DNA of 49,847 nt, from contig CAZNVD010000006.1 of the NCBI GenBank assembly GCA_964576505.1, forward strand, positions 741-50,587. The letters are read 5' to 3'. Position 1 is the first letter of the stretch; every line of letters begins with the position of its first letter. Origin of the DNA: an uncultured Methanosarcinales archaeon (GTDB lineage: Archaea; Nanobdellota; Nanobdellia; Woesearchaeales; WJKV01). The notes under the pieces were generated by a model. It saw nothing but the letters and a program-made list of their open reading frames with translations. It was not told where the DNA came from and searched no databases. The position numbers and the translations under genes were made by a program. Shown one piece after another: positions 17,823-25,857 of this stretch.

Positions 17823-18422
17823 CTATTGTTTCTTCAGATGTGTAACAATGCTCTCCATAATCTCAGAAATCGATTTGCTTGCATCAATCTGCAGCGGTCT
17901 AATAATTGGGTTCGCTTTATTGAACACAATTTCAGACTCACGATATACTGTTTCATCATGCACATCTTCTTTTCTGCGCAGTTGCGCTTGTTTCTTTGGC
18001 AGTGAAACAAAAATATATTTGGCATTTCCTGTGGGCATACCTCGAATCAGTGATCTGAGTCTATCAGGATGCGACACAAGAAACTCTCGTAAGTGAGGGG
18101 CCTGAGTCAGAATCTGCACAAACCCATGATCTGAAACAAACAATCCTGTTTTTGCATACTTCTTCCAGAAATAAAGCGAAAGATAAAAGTCATGAATACA
18201 TCCAAGCGCTTGTCTCCAGATTCCTCTCTTGGAAATTCGAATCCCCATCCACATAATTTTCATTGCAAATCCTGGAGACATCAAAATATTCCCTAAAACT
18301 TGCAGGTTGTAGCTCTTATTATCAATCGCCTGCAATCTATTTATTCCTTTAAGCTTTCTACTAAGCAATGCAGCTTGTGTACTCTTCCCAGCTCCTGGCA
18401 ATCCATATAATTCAATGTACAT
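17823..18422 (-). CDS. P-loop NTPase/kinase (dNMP-kinase-like fold), function unknown
   Basis: 199 aa. An N-terminal Walker A (YGLPGAGKST) is present. Size and layout resemble small nucleotide or sugar kinases. Confidence 0.5.
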   Translation of the reverse strand: MYIELYGLPGAGKSTQAALLSRKLKGINRLQAIDNKSYNLQVLGNILMSPGFAMKIMWMGIRISKRGIWRQALGCIHDFYLSLYFWKKYAKTGLFVSDHGFVQILTQAPHLREFLVSHPDRLRSLIRGMPTGNAKYIFVSLPKKQAQLRRKEDVHDETVYRESEIVFNKANPIIRPLQIDASKSISEIMESIVTHLKKQ

Positions 18423-18445
18423 TTCATCATTTTACCTAAGATAGC

Positions 18446-18453
18446 TTTATAAA
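18446..18453 (+). promoter_or_regulatory. TATA box (TTTATAAA) for the methyltransferase gene
   Basis: It lies 17-24 nt upstream of the in-frame ATG at 18470. It argues against the GTG 18458 track start. Confidence 0.35.
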
Positions 18454-18457
18454 CGTT

Positions 18458-19237
18458 GTGAAACTCAGTATGGAGAGATATATGGCACCAAAACAAAAAC
18501 TCTCAGCTGAAATGGTTGCAGAGAATTACAATAAATCCGTTCCATCAGATTACGCAGGCAACTACGAATTCTACAGATGGTTCAATGAACGCTGGTCCTG
18601 GGAAGACTATAGAATGTCCTTCCTCTCACTGAATTTGCATTTATCAAAATTAAATCCGAAAAACACCCTTGAAATCGGCCCTGGCCCTGGCACCTGGACT
18701 AAACTTTTGTTAAACAAAAATCCAGACATGAAAATCACTCTTGTTGATGTTTCAGAAGCAATGCTTGAACAATGCAAACAAAACCTTTTCACTCGTCCCA
18801 ACTTGAAATTCGTGCTCGGCGACTTCACAACAATCCCTATAAAAGGCACCTTTGATTTCTTCTTTTCATCAAGAACTATCGAATATTTGCCAGACAAAGA
18901 AACCGCTGTAACAAGAATCTACACCCTTTTAGATACAAACGCATCTGGAATCATTGTAACCAAGAATCCAGGTTCCTTAGGTCGCATTCTCTCTCTATTA
19001 ATAGGCCGCAAACCATCCGCAATGCATTCAGGCCAGATCTCTGCAAAAGATTTTTCTGAATTGCTTACAAAAGTTGGTTTCAAAAACATTGAAGTCTACC
19101 CGAGTATTATGGCATTCCCTCCAGTAAAGCGCATTCATTTCATGACCAGAATCCTCTGGAAAATGTTCTACAAGAAGCCATTAAACTGGTTCTCAAGTCT
19201 ATTGAGTGAAAGTTATATCATAACATTCAATAAGTAA
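18458..19237 (+). CDS. Class I SAM-dependent methyltransferase
   Basis: 259 aa in the track; the probable true start is ATG 18470. Motif I is TLEIGPGPGTWT. The stop abuts the stop of the convergent downstream gene. Confidence 0.7.
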   Translation: MKLSMERYMAPKQKLSAEMVAENYNKSVPSDYAGNYEFYRWFNERWSWEDYRMSFLSLNLHLSKLNPKNTLEIGPGPGTWTKLLLNKNPDMKITLVDVSEAMLEQCKQNLFTRPNLKFVLGDFTTIPIKGTFDFFFSSRTIEYLPDKETAVTRIYTLLDTNASGIIVTKNPGSLGRILSLLIGRKPSAMHSGQISAKDFSELLTKVGFKNIEVYPSIMAFPPVKRIHFMTRILWKMFYKKPLNWFSSLLSESYIITFNK

Positions 19238-20509
19238 TTATTTTAATTTATTTATCACAATCTCCATAACTTTATTCAATGTTTTCTCTGGAGTATCTGA
19301 TAATACTTTTGTTGCATGAGTCTTTGCAACAATCGTTTCAAACAGTTTCTCCTGCCTTTTCAAATCTTCTAGATCATGATCTGGCTTCCTTTTATGTAGA
19401 ACTTCCGGTTTATTATACAAATACACTGTTTCACTCGCCTTCGGCATCACAAGAAACAATAGATTCTTTAGAAACTGGGGAACATGCTTCATTAACAATA
19501 TATCAGACGCATATCTATCAGTAATCACAATATGCATTCTCATCCGTTTTGGAAATATTTTGAACCAGTATCTCACCCATAAATCAAGTGCAAACACAGG
19601 AGCAGCCATAGTTCTAAGAACCTTTGTCCACCTGCTCTCCCCATTATTCTCGGCCCGATCCACCTTTGTCTTCACCCTTCTTCCAATCGCTTGAATCGGC
19701 AATACATTCCCTTTTCCCCGACCAGTATATAGCACAGTGCATTTCACCAGACTTTTCTTAAAAATCTCTTCAATGTTTTGTGTAACTGTCGTCTTCCCTG
19801 CTCCATCCATTCCAATAATTGATACAAGCGGACAAGGCGCAAACACCTTGGTCAATCCCCATGCACAACTTCCATATGTAATCCACATGTAACGATGAAA
19901 CGATCGCAACTGAAAGTATCTTTTGATTCGATTAATGTGTGGTGTAAGATCACTTCGAGAACTCACTACTTTCGCCCATCTCTCTCCTAATGCAAATGTT
20001 AATCTTTTCTCCACCTCTTGAGGCCTGCATTTCTTAACTAATTTCTTTATCCGATCTATATATTTCTCAGTAAAAGTTCCTTTATTCAAAATGCAATGAA
20101 GCAACAACAAACAATAATAATCACAATCATCAGGTACAAAATAATTCTTTATTTTTTTTCGTCTGCTAAAAAGCTGATTTCCAGGAAAATATGCCAGGTG
20201 AGGCCCATGTACATCATCAATATGAAAATGGATCGAAATCATCCGTTGACATTCAGGAACATACTTAACATACGCGCGATGTGGCGAAAATGGACTAATC
20301 ACGAGGCGAATAAATCCTGTTTTCAAGAGTACTTGCTGTGCAGTATCAACATGTTCCTTCCGCACTAAAACATCTAAATCTCCTCCTTCATAGAATTGTT
20401 TCTCTGCAAGGAATTCATAATTTCGCACTATGCACCACAAAACTTGATTTTCGTTCCAGGAATCAAATACCTTATTAAACGTTTCAAAATACTCAGTCGT
20501 TTTCATCAT
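19238..20509 (-). CDS. Fusion: N-terminal minimal nucleotidyltransferase-fold domain plus C-terminal P-loop (thymidylate-kinase-like) domain
   Basis: 423 aa. GGDLDVLV is an NTase-type motif near the N-terminus. A Walker A (IIGMDGAGKTT) sits at about residue 235, followed by a DR.. motif (ITDRY). Confidence 0.5.
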   Translation of the reverse strand: MMKTTEYFETFNKVFDSWNENQVLWCIVRNYEFLAEKQFYEGGDLDVLVRKEHVDTAQQVLLKTGFIRLVISPFSPHRAYVKYVPECQRMISIHFHIDDVHGPHLAYFPGNQLFSRRKKIKNYFVPDDCDYYCLLLLHCILNKGTFTEKYIDRIKKLVKKCRPQEVEKRLTFALGERWAKVVSSRSDLTPHINRIKRYFQLRSFHRYMWITYGSCAWGLTKVFAPCPLVSIIGMDGAGKTTVTQNIEEIFKKSLVKCTVLYTGRGKGNVLPIQAIGRRVKTKVDRAENNGESRWTKVLRTMAAPVFALDLWVRYWFKIFPKRMRMHIVITDRYASDILLMKHVPQFLKNLLFLVMPKASETVYLYNKPEVLHKRKPDHDLEDLKRQEKLFETIVAKTHATKVLSDTPEKTLNKVMEIVINKLK

Positions 20510-21990
20510 CGTTTCACCAATACTGCCCAGTATTGTTTAACCTCATCAACATTAATGACTTTAAACATCTTGAGTACGCAGCAATACACAATCACTCCCC
20601 CGGCAACGCACACAACCAACTCCAAATACGTTTGCAGGCTTATACTTTTCCTCAGCAAATCAATAACAAAAACAAAAATTACTCCACCAACAGCAACCTT
20701 TCCCCAATCAATCCATGGAATCTTTACCTCTACTAATTTTACCAGGTAATAACACGACATCAAAAGCGCCAAGCCATATGACGCAGTAGTTGTAATAGCC
20801 GCCCCTACAATCCCATAAGTAGGAATTAACAATAAATTACCAACTAGATTAAGCCCTGCCGCCACCCCAATAATTATTGTAACAATCTGCGGTTTTCCCA
20901 ACGCTGCAATCACATCTTGATTTATCTTACTCACTGAAAAAGCAATCACCCCTATAAGCAGAATTTTGAAAGCTGAAACCCCACTTACATATTCAGCCCC
21001 GAAAAAAATGCTGATGAAAAGATTTCCATACACAAACACTGCAAGAATCGCGGGCACCAGCACAATAAAAGCATACGTATGAAGCACCCTCACGCACTGA
21101 TTTATTCGTTTCACATCCCCTTTCCCTTTCAGTTCAGATATCAAAGGAAACAAAACAATCGATATAGCTTGGCTTGCAAACAAGAAAAGCAAAGCAGAAG
21201 GAAGCACCACATTATATACTCCCACTTCTTCAAGTGTTCTGTAATAAGTAAGCATCAATGTATCCAGTTGGCTGATTATTCTGCTTCCAATACTTGTAAA
21301 CAACGACGCACTTCCATAAAAAAATAGTTGCTTTGAAACCGCCTTGAAATTATTCATCTTGTGTGAAAACAAAGAAAAGCTTGACAGCATAGGATAAATT
21401 AGCATCACACTAACAGCCAGCCAGCCTGCGATGTGCGCATATATTGGAACATAAACAGATGCACTTGACTTGAACATAATCACAACAACTCCACAAACCA
21501 CCAGCAACCTTACTACCTCGCTGCCTGAAAACCAAACAACTCTCTGGAATCCTTGGGCAGCGCTCCTCAGAAACACCCCAAAAAAGCTGATTAGAATGTA
21601 TACAGCAAATAAATTCACCAGCATTAATGCCTGACTATCTCTGAAAAAATGAACACTCAAATATTCAGAACTGAAATAAAGCGCAACCGCAAATAGTACT
21701 GAAACAATGAGTTGCAAAAGAAACACTGAAACAATCGCAGCTTTAATTTCTCTGTATTTTTTTCCTGCCTTGAATTCAGCAATATACTTTACAAGTGCCT
21801 GATTCAGTCCAAGATCCCTGAAAAACAGAAGAAAGCTGATAAATCCAAATACAGAATAAAACAGTCCATATTCAGCAACAGAAAGCTGCCGTGCCAGAAT
21901 TATGCGAAGAACATATCCAAGTCCACTGGTAGCAATGATTGACCCCATTGCAAACAGCCCGCCGCGAACCGCTTTTTGTCCGTAATTCAT
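20506..21990 (-). CDS. MOP-superfamily oligosaccharide/polysaccharide flippase (Wzx/RfbX-like)
   Basis: 494 aa. It has about 12-14 TM helices. It lies between the glycan-assembly genes and aglB. Confidence 0.7.
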   Translation of the reverse strand: MNYGQKAVRGGLFAMGSIIATSGLGYVLRIILARQLSVAEYGLFYSVFGFISFLLFFRDLGLNQALVKYIAEFKAGKKYREIKAAIVSVFLLQLIVSVLFAVALYFSSEYLSVHFFRDSQALMLVNLFAVYILISFFGVFLRSAAQGFQRVVWFSGSEVVRLLVVCGVVVIMFKSSASVYVPIYAHIAGWLAVSVMLIYPMLSSFSLFSHKMNNFKAVSKQLFFYGSASLFTSIGSRIISQLDTLMLTYYRTLEEVGVYNVVLPSALLFLFASQAISIVLFPLISELKGKGDVKRINQCVRVLHTYAFIVLVPAILAVFVYGNLFISIFFGAEYVSGVSAFKILLIGVIAFSVSKINQDVIAALGKPQIVTIIIGVAAGLNLVGNLLLIPTYGIVGAAITTTASYGLALLMSCYYLVKLVEVKIPWIDWGKVAVGGVIFVFVIDLLRKSISLQTYLELVVCVAGGVIVYCCVLKMFKVINVDEVKQYWAVLVKR

Positions 21991-22039
21991 AATTCAGAAA
22001 ATCCTTCCTTTATTTAATAACCTTACCGAAGTGTAATCC

Positions 22040-25000
22040 TTAAGCAGTCCTTAACTGCACACTATCAACCACAATTATATGATAACCAAACTGCGTTTTT
22101 ACTGGCTCTGAAATCTGACCTGGTGCCAGCTTGTTGAAAACAGCATCTTCAAACTCTTTAACCATTACTCCTCTGGGGAACCACCCAAGATCTCCACCAC
22201 TTGCTTTACTTCCTGGACCTTCATAATACTTCTTTGCAAACTCAAAAAACCGAAAATCCAAATAAGCTTCTTTCATAAGTTCAGCTCTTATCTCTGTAAC
22301 TTTCTTTAGCGCCTCAGTTTCCCCAATAATTTGGCTGCTTACCAGAATATGTCTCGCATGAGCAAATAATTGCGGTTTAGCAGGCTCAAGCTGAGGCTTC
22401 TCCATTTGCTCAAATACATTAGTAATACTCGCCCCGCTCCAATCGACTTTAAAGACCTTTACATCTTCACCAGTAATGCTTTGCTTTGACGCAAACTGAT
22501 CAAAGTACTTCAACGTGTGTCCTTCAAGGAAGAACATTCGTGTAAACATACTTCTGCTTAACTCAGATGGTGTAAGCATAATTCTAAGTCCGGCTTTATC
22601 TTTCTGGGGTGCCAGCAAAATTTCATAATTTATGTCTGGCTGTTCAAATCTTATTGTGCTGATATTCTGCTTATTCACAACATTAAGTGCCGCAAAAGTA
22701 ACAGGTTGAACTGAAGTTCCTTGAACTCCTCTAATTAGACCATGAGTTGACGAAGCATTTGTAAGATCAATAACTATTTCCTGGAGCACAGTATCTTGAC
22801 TGATCTGCATATTCATTACACATCGTACCTTTACTCCTTCAGGCGCCTGACAATTTAACCAGCCGGTAAGATATGAAGGCCATCCGGAAATCCAGTTGTC
22901 TGGATTCGTTGTTTGAATCTCAACATAAGTTTGACTAGCATCCTGAGGTGAAAGATTGAACTTCTCCTGCAACACTTCAATTCCCTGAGTACGCTCAAGA
23001 TCATGAACATCTTTGTACATTGCAGCCTTATTGAAGTCCCAGCTTCCAAAGTGTGCCCACACTCCTGATTTACCAACCATATCCTCAGAGGCAATAAAGA
23101 AATTCTCAGGAGGTGTACAATGAGTGTACTGCAAAATATCTCCTGCTGCAATCGCATCAATGCCTTCTTGTTTCAACACCAGTTCAGCATTCCGTTTATC
23201 TCCTTGAACAACTCTGTAAAGAACTTTAACACTTTTCACATCATCTTTAACATATTTGTCAATTTCATCATACGCCTTTGTGCTTCCACATGCAAGCATC
23301 CTTAAAATTCCAACTGCTTCCTGCTCATTTTCAGTCATCAACACTTTTCCCATCCAGTGCGCGATAGGTAAATTTTGAGTTGCCCCGTCAAATGTTACTG
23401 GTCTATCAGCCATCGCCTTAAACCAGTGTCCGAAATCCCACCAGCTGCTGATAATTGCATTAGGCTGTGAATCATCCTTAATTGCAGTAAGAGCATCATT
23501 CCATGCATCATTAAAGCTGGGAATCTGACCATACGCAAGTGCATTAGCATCAATAACTGGAGGAACTACAAGGAACATCATAAATGCAAGTACAGCTAGT
23601 TGGCATGACCATTTGTAAATTCCAAGTTGCTGATGCAACCAGGGAACCAATTTTTGATAAACAATTCCCAAACAAGCAGCAAACGCCACCACATATACTG
23701 GTGCAAGCAATAATACAAATCTAACTCCTGATTGCGACGCATAAATAGTAGCCGCAAACCAGAAGTATATCAACATTCCATATTTAATGTCCACATGAGT
23801 GTATCTCATGTAAATACTCAGCACTACCATAGCCACAACAGGAACCGAAAGCAGACAAACAAACATGATTACAGAATTTGGAATACTGCTCAGTAATACA
23901 TAGAACCAAATTACACTTGCTCCCAAAAGGATTGCTGTAAATTTATCAATTTTCTCTCTTGTCATTGCAAGAACTAATCCCATTAAAGCGATCAGGAACA
24001 TGATCTTTCCGCCGAGTTGCGAAATTACTGCTGAAACAGATGCTGAATTAAGTTCTGCAACTGTTGTGTATACATTTGGCCAGATACTGAATGTTGCAAC
24101 ATTTTTGAAATGGAATATGAAATTAAATGGTCCCATTAATCCGCTCTTGAAACTCGCCCATGAATTGAAAATTAGCACCGACACAGCAGTCACACCAAGA
24201 TATACTCCTCCTGAAATGAGGCTCCGTTTTATTGTACCTGCTGCAAGCACATTTTTCTCTCTTATGTGGAAAATAATGTAATACCCAATGTAACATGCAA
24301 GAGTTCCTACAATAATCCATAGTATGTACCAGTAACCTGGCCATGCCCACGCATATAATCCGGTAAGAATACCTGCAAGACTCATTAACGCAATTTTCTT
24401 CCTTAACTCTTTAGATTCAAACCCTTCAATAAATAACCATAAAATATAGAGCGGGAAAAATACCTGGTAAATATCAGTATCTGGAATTCCTGCAGGTGTC
24501 CTGCTTAAAATTGTGCCATTGATACCAGCCAGAAGAGCAGCAACAAATCCGCCTAACAATCCGCTGATTCGTTTTGCAAGGAAGAAAGCAGGAATTACTG
24601 CAAGCGCTCCAAACAAAACTGGAATGTAAAAGAATGTAGTCATTAGCTCAACGCCAGGATTAAAGAACGAAATAAAGCGATGCCAGAATGCCGAAAACCT
24701 TACATGGAAATTCAGATCAACCGGTCTTCCAAGTGGTGCAAGTGAATGTGTATCATAAGGAGTTCCATTTCTTAATTCATCTCCTGGATGTCCATGATCA
24801 AGATAATTTTTTATAAATCTATAATAATGATATTCATCAAGCCCAAGGAGATATGTTTGTCCATTCTCATCCTGGAATTTTGTTTTATACTGTTGTGAAT
24901 ATTGTTTCTCAACTTCACTATACTTATCCACATTAGCGGCATACTCATCTGCTGCCTTTACTGATGCTTGTCTTTCAGCCGCGTCAGGTGGAAGAAAAGG

Positions 25001-25363
25001 CGCCTCTTTCCTTATCTCATCCATGTACTTATTCTTTAAGTTCACCATCAGTGTTTCATGCGCCCACTGATCAGTTATTGGAAGATAAGTAGAATAAACT
25101 CGGAAATAAATTGCAAAAAACATTGGAATCAATATGAGTAGAATTTGAAGTAATACTAATCCTCTTTTCCCTGAAAAGAAATTTTTAACATGAGCAAAAG
25201 AAAACGCTATCTCTTCAAGATCATCAGACTTACTTTCTGATCCTGATACCTGCTTTAATTCACTCTCGCTTTTTTTCTTACCAAACCATCCTTTTATCTT
25301 TGAGAAATCAAATGTCAGATCATCTTGCTCTGTCGATTTCTGAGGTATATCTTTCCGCTCCAT
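22040..25363 (-). CDS. aglB: Archaeal oligosaccharyltransferase AglB (STT3 family) with C-terminal PpiC/parvulin-type peptidyl-prolyl isomerase domain
   Basis: 1107 aa. It has 13 or more TM helices. EL1 carries LDEYHYYRF, followed by the IPDTD acidic motif, TVAE (a TIXE-type EL5 motif) and WWDFG at residues 641-645 (nt 23429-23443). The last 108 aa are ARHILV...GGDLGWFPRGVMVKEFEDAVF...TQFGYHIIVV, clear parvulin signatures comparable to E. coli PpiC. Confidence 0.85.
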   Translation of the reverse strand: MERKDIPQKSTEQDDLTFDFSKIKGWFGKKKSESELKQVSGSESKSDDLEEIAFSFAHVKNFFSGKRGLVLLQILLILIPMFFAIYFRVYSTYLPITDQWAHETLMVNLKNKYMDEIRKEAPFLPPDAAERQASVKAADEYAANVDKYSEVEKQYSQQYKTKFQDENGQTYLLGLDEYHYYRFIKNYLDHGHPGDELRNGTPYDTHSLAPLGRPVDLNFHVRFSAFWHRFISFFNPGVELMTTFFYIPVLFGALAVIPAFFLAKRISGLLGGFVAALLAGINGTILSRTPAGIPDTDIYQVFFPLYILWLFIEGFESKELRKKIALMSLAGILTGLYAWAWPGYWYILWIIVGTLACYIGYYIIFHIREKNVLAAGTIKRSLISGGVYLGVTAVSVLIFNSWASFKSGLMGPFNFIFHFKNVATFSIWPNVYTTVAELNSASVSAVISQLGGKIMFLIALMGLVLAMTREKIDKFTAILLGASVIWFYVLLSSIPNSVIMFVCLLSVPVVAMVVLSIYMRYTHVDIKYGMLIYFWFAATIYASQSGVRFVLLLAPVYVVAFAACLGIVYQKLVPWLHQQLGIYKWSCQLAVLAFMMFLVVPPVIDANALAYGQIPSFNDAWNDALTAIKDDSQPNAIISSWWDFGHWFKAMADRPVTFDGATQNLPIAHWMGKVLMTENEQEAVGILRMLACGSTKAYDEIDKYVKDDVKSVKVLYRVVQGDKRNAELVLKQEGIDAIAAGDILQYTHCTPPENFFIASEDMVGKSGVWAHFGSWDFNKAAMYKDVHDLERTQGIEVLQEKFNLSPQDASQTYVEIQTTNPDNWISGWPSYLTGWLNCQAPEGVKVRCVMNMQISQDTVLQEIVIDLTNASSTHGLIRGVQGTSVQPVTFAALNVVNKQNISTIRFEQPDINYEILLAPQKDKAGLRIMLTPSELSRSMFTRMFFLEGHTLKYFDQFASKQSITGEDVKVFKVDWSGASITNVFEQMEKPQLEPAKPQLFAHARHILVSSQIIGETEALKKVTEIRAELMKEAYLDFRFFEFAKKYYEGPGSKASGGDLGWFPRGVMVKEFEDAVFNKLAPGQISEPVKTQFGYHIIVVDSVQLRTA

Positions 25364-25425
25364 CTACCTTCCTCGTCATCTCCCTGAGTTATATAAATGT
25401 TTTGATACCTTCCATTTATATAATT

Positions 25426-25719
25426 TTAATAGCTAGAATGATGACTATGGTGCCCTCTTACTTTAGTTCCGTCATAAGTAGCCCATACATTATTACAGTG
25501 AGAAACCCCTCCGCACATAACTGGCCCCCCACAAGAAGTTCCGCTTTCTACAAAACAGCTTGGATTTGCAGCTTCAACAGTTTCTGCTTGAAGAAACGAA
25601 GCAAGTGCAGCCCCGCCTAAGAAAGCACCCATTGTAATAAGAGATTGCTTCGCAATTTTCCCTTCTTCGCTCATTATATAAGAGGCAACAGTCTCTTTTA
25701 TTTTAGGGAACTTTTTCAT
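25426..25719 (-). CDS. Small secreted or membrane-anchored Cys-rich peptide with His-rich C-terminus
   Basis: 97 aa. A charged N-region is followed by a hydrophobic segment LITMGAFLGGAALASFL and a VEA-A signal-peptidase-like site. The predicted mature region of about 47 aa has 4 Cys and ends in RGHHSHHSSY. Confidence 0.45.
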   Translation of the reverse strand: MKKFPKIKETVASYIMSEEGKIAKQSLITMGAFLGGAALASFLQAETVEAANPSCFVESGTSCGGPVMCGGVSHCNNVWATYDGTKVRGHHSHHSSY

Positions 25720-25857
25720 GTATCCAGATATGTTGTATTGATTCTTAAATGTTACTTTTGATTCAAGAATTAGTAAAAGACATAATTAATGCATAATCAA
25801 TATTTTAAACTCGGAACTTAGACGGTCTTTTTCTAAATCTATTGAATCTCGATTCTC

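Noticed and set aside
25426-25719. The C-terminal HHSHHS of the small peptide as a His-Xaa-Ser (Hxs) repeat system substrate.
   Set aside because: There are only two H-x-S units, and no radical-SAM HxsB/HxsC-like maturase genes lie anywhere in the window. The resemblance is too weak.
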